Notes: generated by a model not told the origin, from the sequence alone. Shown: positions 1 through 10,664, numbered from the stretch's first letter. The stretch: DNA of 64,000 nt from a bacterium (GCA_031401035.1 JANNRA010000112.1:2628-66627), one strand, 5' to 3'. Numbers and translations: made by a program.

Positions 1-487
1 AGACGCGCGGGTCGGGCTTCTCGATGCCGACCACGTGCGAGTCGATGATGGCGTCGAAGTGGCCGTCGAGGCCGTCGCGTGCCAGCGACGCGGCGACGCG
101 GCCGTCGGCATTCGAGACTACCGCCAGGCGCAGGCCGCGGCCGCGCAGCGCCGCCAGTACCGCCGCGGTGTCCTCGCGCAGGACCCGCCACAGCGAGGCG
201 CGCGCGTTCTCGGCGTCGAGGGCGGCCGTGACGGGCGCCTGCGCGGCGGTGGGGACGGCGAGCGCGTCGAGGATGACGGCAATGTACGACCGCGCCCGGC
301 TGGCGTCGTCCTCGGCTGCGGCGGCGCGGAAGCGGGCGTCGACCATGGCCTTACCCTGATACTCTGCGACGGCTACGTCGTGCGCGGTGACCAGGTGGCC
401 GTGCGTGCTGACGCAGCCGGCGATCCAGGCGTGGTCGAGGTGGTGCAGGGTGTTGCCGACGTCGAAGAGGATGGCGCGCAGGGGCAT
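1..487 (-). CDS. HAD-family hydrolase, partial; the C-terminus lies beyond the window start
   Basis: Manual reverse-complement translation from the ATG at 485-487 reads MPLRAILFDVGNTLHH...VVSNADG...GIEKPDPRV. This carries HAD motif I (FDVGNTL), motif II (SNADG) and the motif III Lys. It has no stop before position 1, which is why it is absent from the ORF track. Confidence 0.55.
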   Translation of the reverse strand, partial: MPLRAILFDVGNTLHHLDHAWIAGCVSTHGHLVTAHDVAVAEYQGKAMVDARFRAAAAEDDASRARSYIAVILDALAVPTAAQAPVTAALDAENARASLWRVLREDTAAVLAALRGRGLRLAVVSNADGRVAASLARDGLDGHFDAIIDSHVVGIEKPDPRV

Positions 488-540
488 GCGGTCATGTACC
501 GCGCCGTCCCGGGCGCGGCCAGCAGCGCGCCCCCCAGGCG

Positions 541-1281
541 TCACGGTGCGGGGTGCGGCGCCGCCTCGTGGCAGGGCGCCGCCGCCGGCGCGCCGCCCAG
601 GACGGCGAGCGCGCCGCTCGCCGCGAAGGTCCAGGCGCCGCAGGCGATCAACAGCGCGCCGGCGAGGCGGCGTGAGGCGACGACGCGGCCGAGGCCGCTG
701 ACGCGTTGGGCCAGCACACCGGTGGCGATCATGGCGGGCAGCGTGCCGAGGCCGAAGCCGGCCATCAGCAGCGCGCCGTGCCGAGCGTCGCCGGCGGTGA
801 CCGCGAAGGCGAGCGCGCTGTACACCAGCCCGCACGGCAGCCAGCCCCACAACATACCGAGCGCCAGGGCGCCGGCGAACGAGCGTCCGGGCTGCAGCCG
901 GCGCGCCAGCGGCGCGATGCGCCGCCACAGGCGCGCTCCCTGGCGCTCGAGCGCCGCCAGCCCCGACCACCAGCCGGCGAGATACAGGCCGAGGGCAATG
1001 AGCAGCAGCGCCGCCGCGACGCGCAACAGCAGGGCGCCGGCGGCACCGAGTGCGGCGCTCAGCGCCAAGCCGAGGGCGCCGGCGAGGGCGCCGGCGGCGG
1101 CGTAGCTGACCACACGGCCGAGGTTGAAGGTGAGGGCGCGCGCGGCGGGGGCGCCGCAGCCGCGCGTCGCCAACGCCATGGCGCCGGCGATGCCGCCGCA
1201 CATGGCGACGCAGTGCGGGCTGCCGAGCAGACCGAGACCGATGCCGCCGAGCAGCGTCAGTCCCTCCACCCCGGCGGTCAT
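541..1281 (-). CDS. DsbD_2 / TauE-SafE-like membrane protein (HCxxMCGG motif), associated with the cbb3 locus
   Basis: Internal Met at residue 178 of ORF 541..1812. The protein reads MTAGVEGLTLLGG..SPHCVAMCGGIAGAMALA and is polytopic and hydrophobic. Its ATG overlaps the ccoS stop (ATGA). Confidence 0.6.
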   Translation of the reverse strand: MTAGVEGLTLLGGIGLGLLGSPHCVAMCGGIAGAMALATRGCGAPAARALTFNLGRVVSYAAAGALAGALGLALSAALGAAGALLLRVAAALLLIALGLYLAGWWSGLAALERQGARLWRRIAPLARRLQPGRSFAGALALGMLWGWLPCGLVYSALAFAVTAGDARHGALLMAGFGLGTLPAMIATGVLAQRVSGLGRVVASRRLAGALLIACGAWTFAASGALAVLGGAPAAAPCHEAAPHPAP

Positions 1282-1463
1282 TTCCCTTCCTTCGCAGGCG
1301 CGCTGGGTGGCGCCGGCGCGGGTTCGTCGTCGTCCAAGAGGATGCGCGTCGCCGGCGAATCGAGGTCGTCGAACTGCGCGTTGCGTACCGCCCACAGGAA
1401 TGCCGCGACGGCGGCGACGAGCAGCAGCAGGGCGAGGGGGATGAGGACGTAGATGATGTTCAT
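1278..1463 (-). CDS. ccoS: cbb3 oxidase maturation protein CcoS (61 aa)
   Basis: The C-terminal 61 aa of ORF 1278..2105 read MNIIYVLIPLALLLLVAAVAAFLWAVRNAQFDDLDSPATRILLDDDEP, the classic CcoS signature. Its stop overlaps the downstream start, and its start overlaps the ccoI stop. Confidence 0.85.
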   Translation of the reverse strand: MNIIYVLIPLALLLLVAAVAAFLWAVRNAQFDDLDSPATRILLDDDEPAPAPPSAPAKEGK

Positions 1464-3961
1464 GCGCGTTGCGGCAGCGGCGGCATGGGGCGGGGCACGC
1501 AGCTGTCGGCGGCCGCGACCGGGCCGCGGTGGGCGCCGAGGCGGACGGCGTTGAGCACCACCACCAGCGAGCTGAGCGACATGCCGAGCGCCGCCCAGTA
1601 GGGCGCCACCCAGCCGAGCGCTGCCAGCGGCAGCGCCACGGCGTTGTAGGCGAGCGACCAGCCGAGGTTCTGGTACAGCACGCGCCGCGTCCGATGCGCC
1701 AGATCGATCGCATCGGCGAGCACCCCGAGATCTTCTCGCAGCAGCACGCAGTCGGCGCCGCCGACCGCCAGGTCGGTGCCGCCACCCATCGCCACCGAGA
1801 CCTGGGCGGCACCGAGCACCGGGGCGTCGTTCACCCCGTCGCCGACCATGACCACCACCGCGCCGGCCGCCTGCAGGGCCTGCACGTGGCGCAACTTCTC
1901 CGCCGGCGAGGCGCCGCGCACCGCGACCTCGATGCCCAGTCGTCGCGCCAACTGCGCCACCGCGGCGGAGGGGTCGCCGCTGAGCAGCTGCACCGCCAGG
2001 CCGCGTTGCCGCAGCGCCCGCACGGCGGCCGCCGCCTCGGGACGCGGCGCGTCCTCGAGGGCGAACCAGGCGACCGCCCCGTCCGTGTCGCCGAGCAGAA
2101 CCCACATGTCATCGTCGCGCGACGGTGGGTTAGGGGCGCCGCCGCCGGTGAGTTCCGTCACCCAGTCGGGGTTGCCGATGCGGTAGCGCCGCCCGCCGAC
2201 GACGCCCTCGACGCCGAAGCCGGCGACGGCGGCGGCGTCGACCACCGCCGGGGTGGCAGCGTCGGCGGCGAAGGCGCGCGCGATCGGGTGTTCGGAGCGG
2301 CTCTCCAGCGCGCGCGCCAGTGCCAGGGCGCCGGCGAGGTCGTGCGGCGGCAGCGGCACGCTGCGCCGCAGGCGGAAGCTACCCTGCGTGAGCGTGCCGG
2401 TCTTGTCGAAGACGACATGCGTGGCGCCGTGCAGACCCTCGAGCACGTGCGCGCGCGTCACCAGCAGGCCGCGCCGCAGCAGTCCACCGGTGGCGGCGGT
2501 GAGCGCCGCCGGGGTGGCGAGCGAGAGCGCGCACGGGCAGCTGACAACCAGGACCGACAGCGTCACCCAGAAGGCCTGCGACGGGTCGATGCGCCACCAG
2601 ACGGCGGCGACGGCCGCGGCGAGCAGCAACACGGCGGGGACGAAGGCCTGCGCGACGCGGTCGGCGAGGCGGGCGACGGGCGGCTTCTCGCTGCCGGCGC
2701 GGTCGACCAGGCGCTGCACGCCGGCGAGGACGCCATCGGCGCCGCTGCGCTCGACGGCGACGACCAGCGGGCTCTCGCCGTTCTGCGTGCCGCCGAGCAC
2801 GAGGTCGCCGCGGCGGCGGGCGCGCGGCCACTGTTCGCCGGTCAGCATCGCCTCGTTGACCCAGCCGCTGCCCTCGACGACGCGCCCGTCGGCCGGCACG
2901 GTCTCGCCGGGTTTCACCAGCACCCGATCGCCCGGCACCAACTCCGCGGCGGCGACGATGGCGCTTGCGCCGTCGTCGTCGAGGCGCGTCGCGTGCGCCG
3001 GCGGGCGGCGCAGGGCCCCCTCGATCGCGGCGGCGGCGCGATGGCGGGCGCGCATCTCTACGAAGCGGCCGAGCGAGAGGAGAAAGACGAACATGCAGAC
3101 CGAATCGAAATACACCTCGCCGCTGCGCAGGGCGGTGGCGACGAGGCTGGCGACGAAGGCGATGGCGATCGCCAGCGCCACTGGGACGTCCATGCCGAGG
3201 CGGCGGTTGCGCAGGTCGCGCGCCGCGGCGGCGAAGAACGGCCGCGCCGCCCAGGCGACGATCGGCATGGTCACCAGGGCGCTGACCATGCGCAGGTAGT
3301 CGCGGTGCGCCGGTGCCATGTCCTGCAGCGCCCCGGCGTAGAGGCCGACGGCGAACATCATCACCTGCATCGCGCCGAGTCCGGCCAGGGCAAGGCGACC
3401 GAGCGCGGCGCGGTACTCGTCGCGACGCGCCTGCTCCTGCTGATCGGGCTGATACGGCTGCGCCGCGTAGCCGAGCCGGGCGATCTCCGTCAGCAGGGTG
3501 CTGAGGCGCGTCTCGCCCTCGCGCCAGGCGAGTTCGGCCCGCTCGTGCGCGAGGTTGACGTGCACCGACACAACGCCCGGCTGGCGCGTCAGGTGGCGCT
3601 CGATGAGCCAGGCGCAGGCCGCGCAGCGCAGGCCGCGCAGCGCCAGGGTGACCCGCCGCCCGCGTTCGCCGTCGTCGCGGACGACGCCGCGCTGCAGCGC
3701 CGGCTGGTCGTAGCGCAGCAACTCCGCCACTGCCGCCACCGTGGTGCGCTCGGCGGCGCCGGCCGGCGCCTCCCGGTAGCGGTAGTAGTCGCCGAGGCCG
3801 GTGGCGACGATCAGCTCGGCGACGGCGGCGCAGCCCGGGCAGCACATGGCCCGCGCCAGGCCGTCGATCTGGGCCTGGCAGTCGACACCGTCGGGAATCG
3901 GCAGACCGCAATGGAAACAGGTCAGCGCGGCGGCCGTCGGCTGCGCCAGCGGTGCGTTCAT
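1460..3961 (-). CDS. ccoI: copper-translocating P-type ATPase CcoI/FixI
   Basis: The 833-aa protein has an N-terminal CxxC metal-binding motif, the CPC transmembrane motif (SCPCALSLATP), the DKTGTLT phosphorylation site and a GDGVND-like hinge. It sits in the ccoGHIS block. Confidence 0.9.
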   Translation of the reverse strand: MNAPLAQPTAAALTCFHCGLPIPDGVDCQAQIDGLARAMCCPGCAAVAELIVATGLGDYYRYREAPAGAAERTTVAAVAELLRYDQPALQRGVVRDDGERGRRVTLALRGLRCAACAWLIERHLTRQPGVVSVHVNLAHERAELAWREGETRLSTLLTEIARLGYAAQPYQPDQQEQARRDEYRAALGRLALAGLGAMQVMMFAVGLYAGALQDMAPAHRDYLRMVSALVTMPIVAWAARPFFAAAARDLRNRRLGMDVPVALAIAIAFVASLVATALRSGEVYFDSVCMFVFLLSLGRFVEMRARHRAAAAIEGALRRPPAHATRLDDDGASAIVAAAELVPGDRVLVKPGETVPADGRVVEGSGWVNEAMLTGEQWPRARRRGDLVLGGTQNGESPLVVAVERSGADGVLAGVQRLVDRAGSEKPPVARLADRVAQAFVPAVLLLAAAVAAVWWRIDPSQAFWVTLSVLVVSCPCALSLATPAALTAATGGLLRRGLLVTRAHVLEGLHGATHVVFDKTGTLTQGSFRLRRSVPLPPHDLAGALALARALESRSEHPIARAFAADAATPAVVDAAAVAGFGVEGVVGGRRYRIGNPDWVTELTGGGAPNPPSRDDDMWVLLGDTDGAVAWFALEDAPRPEAAAAVRALRQRGLAVQLLSGDPSAAVAQLARRLGIEVAVRGASPAEKLRHVQALQAAGAVVVMVGDGVNDAPVLGAAQVSVAMGGGTDLAVGGADCVLLREDLGVLADAIDLAHRTRRVLYQNLGWSLAYNAVALPLAALGWVAPYWAALGMSLSSLVVVLNAVRLGAHRGPVAAADSCVPRPMPPLPQRA

Positions 3962-3989
3962 GACGGCAGCCGCCGCGGCTGCGCGTCCA

Positions 3990-4451
3990 TCACCCCGGCG
4001 CCCCCAGCTGTGGCGGCGTCGCGGCGTCGAAGTCGATGCGCGCGACGAGACGCCAGCCGCCGCCGGCGGGCGTCAGCGTCGCGTTCCACGGACCGCGCAG
4101 CGGTGCCGCCAGCGCGCTGCGGAAGATGCCGTCGGCGCCGGCGCGCAGCGGCAGGACCTGATCGCGCGCCGCGTCGGTGGGGTGGGCGAGGGCGAGCAGC
4201 AGCTCGCTGTGGGGATCGATGCCGCTGCCGCGCACTTCGACGGCCAGTCCGCCGTGCGCCGCGACGCGCTCGAGGGCGAAGTCGCGGTTAATGCCCAGGC
4301 CGGCCTTGTAGTAATCGTCGCGCACCAGCGAGTCGGCGTTGCGCACCGCGACCGCCAACGTCGCGAAGCTGAACACGACGCTGGCGGCGGGCAGCGCGAT
4401 GATGAACCAGGGCCAGAACTGCCGGTACCACGGGGTGGGCGGGTCAGTCAT
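3990..4451 (-). CDS. ccoH: CcoH/FixH family assembly protein
   Basis: The start is taken at the MTDPPTPWYRQFWPWFIIALP signal-anchor sequence, an internal Met of ORF 3990..4493. It overlaps the ccoG stop by about 8 nt. Confidence 0.8.
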   Translation of the reverse strand: MTDPPTPWYRQFWPWFIIALPAASVVFSFATLAVAVRNADSLVRDDYYKAGLGINRDFALERVAAHGGLAVEVRGSGIDPHSELLLALAHPTDAARDQVLPLRAGADGIFRSALAAPLRGPWNATLTPAGGGWRLVARIDFDAATPPQLGAPG

Positions 4452-5910
4452 GGTCTTGCTCACCCCGCTCGCGACGCTCGCGACGCTCGTCATGCTCGCC
4501 GTGCGGCCGTGCGGGCGACAGGAAGCGGCTCTCCTCGTGCACCACGGTCTGCGGGTGGTCGAGCGGGCCGATCGTGAAGCGCAGCGGCAGCGACCGCCGC
4601 GCCAGCGCCTCGGGCGGGACCTGGACGCGCACCGCGACGTCGCCGATCTCGCCCGGCGCCAGGCGCACCTCGGGCGGTGCCACCAGCGTCAGGCCGGGCA
4701 GACCGTCGGCGGCGATGCGGTAGACGTGCGGGTGCTGATCGAGGTTCATGATCTTGAGCGTATAGGTGTTCTCGATGCGGCCGTCGCTGGCGACGCGGTA
4801 CAGGCGGGCGCGGTCGCGCAGCACGTCGACGCGCAACGGCACGCGCGCCGACAGCGCGTAGGCGAAGGTGGTCATGATCAGCGACAGGACGACGCCGTAG
4901 GCGATCAGGCGCGGGCGCAGGACGCGCAGGCGGCCGCTCGCCAGGCTGGCCTCGCTGGCATAGCGCACCAGGCCCTTGGCGTAGCCCATCTCGTCCATCA
5001 CGCCGTCGCAGGCGTCGATGCAGGCGGCACAGCCGATGCACTCGTACTGGGTGCCCTTGCGGATATCGATGCCGGTCGGGCAGACGTGCACGCACAGGTT
5101 GCAGTCGATGCAGTCGCCGAGCCCGACGCCGCGCGCCGCGCTGTCGCGACCGCGGTGGCCGCGCGGCTCGCCGCGGCGACGGTCATAGAAGATGGTCAGC
5201 GTGTCGTCGTCGAACATGGCGCCCTGGAAGCGGGCGTAGGGGCAGGCGTACTTGCAGATCTGCTCGCGCATCCAGCCGGCGTCGAGGTAGAGCGCGCCGC
5301 TGAAGACGCAGGCGAAGAAGGTCTCCCAGCCGCTCAACTGACCGGCGGCGAGGCGTGGCAGCAGCGAACGGATGGGCGCGAAGTAGCCGAGGAAGGTGAG
5401 GCCGACGACCACCGCCAGCAGGCCCCAGGCGCCGTGCTTGGCCAGCTTGCGGCCGATCTTCCTGGCCGTCCAGGGACCGCGATCGAGACGCATGCGGGCG
5501 TTGCGGTCGCCCTCGGTCAGCCACTCGATCCACATGAAGAACTTGGTCCAGACCGTCTGCGGACAGGCGTATCCGCACCACAGGCGACCGGCGAGGGCGG
5601 TGAAGAAGAAGAGGCTGAAGGCGGCGATGATCAGCATCCAGGACAGGAAGATGAAGTCCTGCGGCCAGAGGGTGAGGCCGAAGAGGTAGAACTTGCGACC
5701 GGGCAGATCGAACCAGATCGCCTGGCGGCCGTTCCAGCTCAGCCACGGTCCGGCCAGGAAGATACCGGCGAGGACGAACAACGCCACCGCCCGGCGTTGC
5801 TGCCAGGCGCCCTGCACCTCTTTCTGGTAGATGTGCTCGCGCTTGGCGTAGAGCGGAACCTCGGCGAGGGCGGCGCCGTGTTCGTGGTCGTGTGGGGCGG
5901 CCGCGGGCAT
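4444..5910 (-). CDS. ccoG: cbb3 oxidase accessory 4Fe-4S protein CcoG/FixG
   Basis: The 488-aa protein has two ferredoxin-type cysteine clusters (CIDCNLCVHVCPTG...CIGCAACIDACD) and N-terminal transmembrane helices. Confidence 0.9.
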   Translation of the reverse strand: MPAAAPHDHEHGAALAEVPLYAKREHIYQKEVQGAWQQRRAVALFVLAGIFLAGPWLSWNGRQAIWFDLPGRKFYLFGLTLWPQDFIFLSWMLIIAAFSLFFFTALAGRLWCGYACPQTVWTKFFMWIEWLTEGDRNARMRLDRGPWTARKIGRKLAKHGAWGLLAVVVGLTFLGYFAPIRSLLPRLAAGQLSGWETFFACVFSGALYLDAGWMREQICKYACPYARFQGAMFDDDTLTIFYDRRRGEPRGHRGRDSAARGVGLGDCIDCNLCVHVCPTGIDIRKGTQYECIGCAACIDACDGVMDEMGYAKGLVRYASEASLASGRLRVLRPRLIAYGVVLSLIMTTFAYALSARVPLRVDVLRDRARLYRVASDGRIENTYTLKIMNLDQHPHVYRIAADGLPGLTLVAPPEVRLAPGEIGDVAVRVQVPPEALARRSLPLRFTIGPLDHPQTVVHEESRFLSPARPHGEHDERRERRERGEQDHD

Positions 5911-5917
5911 GCGTGTC

Positions 5918-6829
5918 CTACTGGCCGCTCCCCGCCGCGGGCGCGTCGAGGGACAGGCTGTACACGTACGCGGCGACGACCTGCGCCTTCTGCTCGCCGA
6001 GGATGTCGGCGTGCGCCGGCATCTTACCGTAGCGCCCCTTGTTCAGTCCCTCGGCGATGCTCGCCGGATCATTGCCGTACAACCAGACGTCGTCGGTGAG
6101 GTTGGGGGCGCCGAGGGCCTGGTTGCCCTTGCCGTCGGCGCCATGGCAGGCGATGCAGATCGTCTCGTACTTCGCCTTGCCCGCCGCCGCCTGCGCGGCG
6201 TCGACGCTGTGGCCGCTGAGGCTGAGCACGTAGGCGGTCACCAGCGCGACACCCTCGTCGCCGCCGATCGCCGGCGCGAACGGCGGCATGACGCCGTTGC
6301 GGCCGTGCAGGATGCTGGTCTTGATGGTGTCGGGATCGCCGCCGTAGAGCCAATCGTCATCGGTCAGATCCGGGAAGCCGACACCGCCGCGCGCGTCGGC
6401 GCCATGGCACTGGCTGCAGTTGTTGGCGAACAGGTGCTGCCCCATCGTCAGCGCGCGCGGATCGCGCACCAGGTCGGGGATGGGCTGCGCGGCCAGGGCG
6501 GCGTACAGCGGACCGTACTGCGCGTCGGCGCGGGCGACCTCCTGCGCGTGCTGGCCGCTCGAGGTCCAGCCGAGGGTCCCCGGGAAGCGGCCGAGGCCCG
6601 GGTAGAGCACCAGGTAGACGAGCGCGAAGGCGATCGAGCCGACGAACAGCAGCAGCCACCAGCGCGGCAGCGGCATGTCGAGCTCCTGGATGCCGTCGTA
6701 GTCGTGACCGAGCGTCTGCTGGGCGGCGCTGGCGACACGCCGGCTGCGCGCCCAGAGCAGCAGGGCGCCGCAGCCGAAGATGTTGGACAGCGTCAGGGCG
6801 ATGATGAACCAGCTCCACCCGTCAGTCAT
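5918..6829 (-). CDS. ccoP: cbb3-type cytochrome c oxidase subunit III, diheme cytochrome c (CcoP)
   Basis: It has two CxxCH motifs (CSQCHGADARGG and CIACHGADGKGN) and an N-terminal membrane anchor. It lies downstream of ccoQ. Confidence 0.9.
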   Translation of the reverse strand: MTDGWSWFIIALTLSNIFGCGALLLWARSRRVASAAQQTLGHDYDGIQELDMPLPRWWLLLFVGSIAFALVYLVLYPGLGRFPGTLGWTSSGQHAQEVARADAQYGPLYAALAAQPIPDLVRDPRALTMGQHLFANNCSQCHGADARGGVGFPDLTDDDWLYGGDPDTIKTSILHGRNGVMPPFAPAIGGDEGVALVTAYVLSLSGHSVDAAQAAAGKAKYETICIACHGADGKGNQALGAPNLTDDVWLYGNDPASIAEGLNKGRYGKMPAHADILGEQKAQVVAAYVYSLSLDAPAAGSGQ

Positions 6830-7004
6830 GATGCCTCTCTCCGTCGCGACCGCCGCCGCGAGGCTTGTCGTCGTCGAGAAAGGGCAGGGCCGCCGACTCG
6901 TCCCAGCGGCGCTTCTGGCGCGGGCTGAAGGCCCACACGCACAGGCCGATGAAGGCCAGCAGCAATACCGCGGTGCCGAGGCCGCTCAGCGTCGCGAGAC
7001 TCAT
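6822..7004 (-). CDS. ccoQ: cbb3 oxidase subunit CcoQ (60 aa, single transmembrane helix)
   Basis: The C-terminal 60 aa of ORF 6822..7262 read MSLATLSGLGTAVLLLAFIGLCVWAFSPRQKRRWDESAALPFLDDDKP. It lies between ccoO and ccoP, and its stop overlaps the ccoP start. Confidence 0.7.
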   Translation of the reverse strand: MSLATLSGLGTAVLLLAFIGLCVWAFSPRQKRRWDESAALPFLDDDKPRGGGRDGERHHD

Positions 7005-7006
7005 CG

Positions 7007-7624
7007 TCACTGCCTCCCTTTCAACGCCAGGCCGAGCTGCTGCAGGTAGGCGATCAACGCCTCCAGTTCGCTGCGTCCCTCGACCGCCGCCCTGGCGCCG
7101 TCGATCTGTTCGTCGCTGTAGGGCACGCCGACGATGCGCAGCACGCGCATCTTGTCTCCCGTGTCGGCACCGCTCAGGACGTTCTCGGCCAGCCACGGGA
7201 AGGCGGGCATGTTCGACTCGGGCACCAGATCGCGCGGGTTCATGAGGTGGATGCGGTGCCACTCGTCGGAGTAGCGGCCGCCGACACGCGCCAGGTCCGG
7301 TCCGGTGCGCTTCGAGCCGAACAGGAAGGGGTGGTCGTACACCGATTCGCCGGCCACGGAGTAGTGACCGTAGCGTTCGGTCTCGGCGCGCAGCGGCCGA
7401 ATCATCTGCGTGTGGCAGACGTGACAGCCGTCGCGGATGTAGAGGTCGCGCCCCTCGAGCGCCAGGGCGTCGAGCGGCTGCACGCCCTCGACCGGCTCGC
7501 TGACCTCCGTGCCGGCGATCAGCGGCAGGATCTGCGCCAGTCCGGCGAAGCTGACGACGATGAAGATCAGGATCCCCATGATGCCGATGTTGCGTTCGAC
7601 GAGTGGCTGCTGCGTAACCGCCAT
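7007..7624 (-). CDS. ccoO: cbb3 oxidase subunit II, monoheme cytochrome c (CcoO)
   Basis: Internal start at [21 protein letters not shown]. It carries a CHVCH heme motif and conserved ccoO blocks ([21 protein letters not shown]). A GGAGGAGG Shine-Dalgarno sits upstream. Confidence 0.9.
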   Translation of the reverse strand: MAVTQQPLVERNIGIMGILIFIVVSFAGLAQILPLIAGTEVSEPVEGVQPLDALALEGRDLYIRDGCHVCHTQMIRPLRAETERYGHYSVAGESVYDHPFLFGSKRTGPDLARVGGRYSDEWHRIHLMNPRDLVPESNMPAFPWLAENVLSGADTGDKMRVLRIVGVPYSDEQIDGARAAVEGRSELEALIAYLQQLGLALKGRQ

Positions 7625-7646
7625 GCCCGGTTCCTCCTCCCTCGCC

Positions 7647-9101
7647 TCAGGCGACCGTGTGCACGGCGCCGGCCGGGCTCGGCACGCCGGCGGACTCGAC
7701 GACACGGCTGCCGGCACGGATCGTCCGCGTCATGTTGTAGACCATCACCAGCATGCCGAGCAGGAAGACGACGCCGCCGCCGAGGCGGCCGACGTAGTAG
7801 GGGAAGGTCGCCTTAATGGACTCGACGAAGGTGTAGGTCAGCGTGCCGTCATCATTGACCGCGCGCCACATCAGGCCCTGCATCAGGCCGGCGATCCACA
7901 TCGACGAGATGTAGAGCACGATGCCGATGGTCGAGAGCCAGAAGTGCAGGTTGATCAGCGGCACGCTGTACATCTCCTTGCGGCCGTAAAGGCGCGGCAC
8001 CAGCGAATAGAGGCAGCCCATGGAGATCAGGGCGACCCAGCCGAGGCTGCCGGAGTGCACGTGGCCGATGCCCCAGTCGGTGTTGTGGGTCAGCGCGTTG
8101 ACGGTCTTCACCGACATCATCGGGCCCTCGAAGGTCGACATGCCGTAGAACGACAGCGCGACGATCATGAAGCGCAGGATCGGATCGGTGCGCAGCTTCT
8201 CCCAGGCGCCCGAGAGCGTCATGATGCCGTTGATCATGCCGCCCCACGACGGCGCCCAGAGGATGATCGAGAAGACCATGCCCAGCGTCTGCGCCCAGTC
8301 GGGCAGCGTGCTGTACAGGAGGTGATGCGGCCCGGCCCACATGTAGATGCCGATCAGGGCCCAGAAATGCACCACCGACAGGCGGTACGAGTATACGGGG
8401 CGCCCGGCCTGTTTGGGCACGAAGTAGTACATCATGCCGAGAAAGCCGGCGGTGAGGAAGAAGCCGACGGCGTTGTGGGCATACCACCACTGCACCATCG
8501 CGTCGGTGGTGCCGGCGAAGATGGAGTACGACTTCAGCGGCGAGACCGGGATCGCCAGGCTGTTGACGATGTGCAGCAGCGCCACGGTGATGATGAAGGC
8601 GCCGTAGAACCAGTTGGCGACGTAGATGTGCTGGACGCGGCGTTTGGCGATGGTGCCGAAGAAGACCACCGCGAAGCACACCCAGACGACGGCGATCATG
8701 ATGTCGATCGGCCACTCGAGCTCGGCGTACTCCTTCGACGTGGTGTAGCCGAGCGGCAGCGTGATCGCCGCCGCGACGATGATCAGTTGCCAGCCCCAGA
8801 AGGTGAAGCCGGCGAGGCGCGGCAGGAACAGCGGCGTCGCGCAGGTGCGCTGCACGACGTAGTAGGCGGTGGCGAAGAGGGTCGAGCCGCCGAAGGCGAA
8901 GATGACCGCGTTGGTGTGCAGCGGCCGCAGCCGCGGGTAGGTCAGCCAGGCGATGTCGGGATTCAGCTCCGGCCAGGTGAGCTGCGCCGCCAGGATGACC
9001 CCGACCAGCATGCCGACCACCCCCCACACCAGGGTCATGATCGCGAACTGCCGGACGACCCGATAATCGTAGGGCTCCGTCCGCACCTGCCCATCACCCA
9101 T
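7647..9101 (-). CDS. ccoN: cbb3 oxidase catalytic subunit I (CcoN)
   Basis: Internal start at [19 protein letters not shown], residue 34 of the ORF. The protein is a 485-aa heme-copper oxidase with about 12 transmembrane helices. A GGAGGA Shine-Dalgarno sits upstream. Confidence 0.9.
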   Translation of the reverse strand: MGDGQVRTEPYDYRVVRQFAIMTLVWGVVGMLVGVILAAQLTWPELNPDIAWLTYPRLRPLHTNAVIFAFGGSTLFATAYYVVQRTCATPLFLPRLAGFTFWGWQLIIVAAAITLPLGYTTSKEYAELEWPIDIMIAVVWVCFAVVFFGTIAKRRVQHIYVANWFYGAFIITVALLHIVNSLAIPVSPLKSYSIFAGTTDAMVQWWYAHNAVGFFLTAGFLGMMYYFVPKQAGRPVYSYRLSVVHFWALIGIYMWAGPHHLLYSTLPDWAQTLGMVFSIILWAPSWGGMINGIMTLSGAWEKLRTDPILRFMIVALSFYGMSTFEGPMMSVKTVNALTHNTDWGIGHVHSGSLGWVALISMGCLYSLVPRLYGRKEMYSVPLINLHFWLSTIGIVLYISSMWIAGLMQGLMWRAVNDDGTLTYTFVESIKATFPYYVGRLGGGVVFLLGMLVMVYNMTRTIRAGSRVVESAGVPSPAGAVHTVA

Positions 9102-9303
9102 AGCTGTCCTCCCGTTCCGAGCCCGCCGCGCTCGATCGGCGAGCGCATTCCCGCAAACCGTTTGCAGACGGCGTGCCGAGGGACGGGCGAACGGGATCAA
9201 CGCGCCCAGCCACCATCCCGTCGCGGCGCCGGGAAAATCGGGCGGGCGATTCCCGAAAGTTGGAGACGCGGCCGGGGGACGAGTCCTGGCGGTCTGCCGG
9301 GGC

Positions 9304-10644
9304 TCAGGACTGGGCCGCCAGGACCTCGGCTGCGGCGCGCTGGCCCGACTGGACGGCGCCTTCCATGTACCCGATCCACTCTGTCGCCGTTTCCGTGCCG
9401 GCGAAGTGCAGGCACCCGACGGGTTGGCGCAGCGTCGTCGCGGCGCTGCTGAGGACGCCCGCCGCCGGGCTCGACACCGGGCAGCCGCCGGACCACGGCT
9501 CGGCGCTCCAGTCGAGCTCGTGATAACCGACCGGCGTCGCCGCCTCGGCGCCGAACCAGCGCGTCAGCGCTGCCACCACCGCTGCCTGGCGACTCGCGGC
9601 GTCGCGCCCCGACCAGCGCCGCGCCGCCGCACCGACGACGAAGCAGACCAACGCCGAGATGCGCCCGTCATGGCTGCAGTTGTCATAGGTGACCGAGATC
9701 GGGTCGCCGTCGCTGACCACTTCACCCGACCAACCGGCGGCGCGCCAGAACGGCCGCGCGTAGCGCACCAGGCACTTGATCGTCGCGCCCATCGGCCACC
9801 GTTGCAGCAACTGGTCGCGCGCCGGCGGCAGCGCCGGGTCGAAACGGATGGCGCGCAGCAGCGCCGGCGGCACGGCGAGGACGACGCGGCGTGCGGTCAG
9901 CAACTCGCCGTCGGTGTGCACGGTCGCGCCGGCGCCGCCCCATTCGACCCTGCGCACCGGCGCGGCCAGGCGCAGCGCGTCGCCGAGGCGCGCCGCCAGC
10001 CCGTCCGAGAGGCCCTGGGCGCCGCCGACCAGGCGTTGCTCCTGCGCCGCCCCCGCCACTTCGACCAGCTGCTCGAAGCCGCCGCCGGCCTGGCAGTAGG
10101 CGAGAAACCACAACGCCGAGACCTCGGCTGGCTCGGCGCCGAAGACGACACGAAAGGCGGCGTCGAAGACGCCGCGGGCCGCGCTGCTGTGCATCAGGCG
10201 CCGCTTCCAGGCCTCCACCGAGAGCGCGTCGAGGCGCTGCGCGGCGCGCGCCAGGTGCGGCGAGGCCGGATCGATGCGGGCGCGCTGCCAGTCGAGGCGT
10301 CGGCGGGCCAACTCCAGATCGAACAGGCCGCGCAGCGGTAGCGAGGGGATGGTGGCGGTGTAGGTCGACGCGCGGCCGCCGACCTCGAGTAGCTTGCGGC
10401 CGTGGTGGTGGGTCGGAAAGGTCGTCAGTCCGAGCTCGCGCGCCAGCGCGACCACGCGGTGTTGCGTCGGCCCGATCCATTGTCCGCCGAGGTCGATGCG
10501 GCCGCCGTCGATGGCGGTCGAGTAGGTGCGGCCGCCGACGCGCGGGCGGGCCTCGACGACGGCGATGCGCTGGGCGGCGCGATGCAGGGCCGTCGCCGCC
10601 GCGAGGCCGGCGAGGCCTGCGCCGACGATGACAGCGTCGAGCAC
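9304..10644 (-). CDS. flavin-containing amine oxidase (NAD(P)/FAD-binding oxidoreductase)
   Basis: The N-terminal sequence [20 protein letters not shown]...[11 protein letters not shown] is a Rossmann dinucleotide-binding motif. The 446-aa protein has the architecture of the monoamine oxidase family. Confidence 0.8.
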   Translation of the reverse strand: MLDAVIVGAGLAGLAAATALHRAAQRIAVVEARPRVGGRTYSTAIDGGRIDLGGQWIGPTQHRVVALARELGLTTFPTHHHGRKLLEVGGRASTYTATIPSLPLRGLFDLELARRRLDWQRARIDPASPHLARAAQRLDALSVEAWKRRLMHSSAARGVFDAAFRVVFGAEPAEVSALWFLAYCQAGGGFEQLVEVAGAAQEQRLVGGAQGLSDGLAARLGDALRLAAPVRRVEWGGAGATVHTDGELLTARRVVLAVPPALLRAIRFDPALPPARDQLLQRWPMGATIKCLVRYARPFWRAAGWSGEVVSDGDPISVTYDNCSHDGRISALVCFVVGAAARRWSGRDAASRQAAVVAALTRWFGAEAATPVGYHELDWSAEPWSGGCPVSSPAAGVLSSAATTLRQPVGCLHFAGTETATEWIGYMEGAVQSGQRAAAEVLAAQS

Positions 10645-10664
10645 GGCTGGGGGGCGTGAACTTC

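Noticed and set aside
1278-2105. 275-aa ORF annotated in the track
   Set aside because: Only its last 61 codons (ccoS) are real. The upstream 214 codons overlap ccoI in another frame.
1469-4291. 940-aa ORF on the plus strand
   Set aside because: It is antisense to ccoI. The product is a low-complexity Arg/Gly/Ala-rich sequence typical of stop-free antisense frames in roughly 70% GC DNA. It has no domain signatures.
4339-6099. 586-aa plus-strand ORF and other long ORFs antisense to ccoG and ccoP
   Set aside because: High-GC antisense artefacts. The sense-strand genes carry unmistakable Fe-S and CxxCH motifs.
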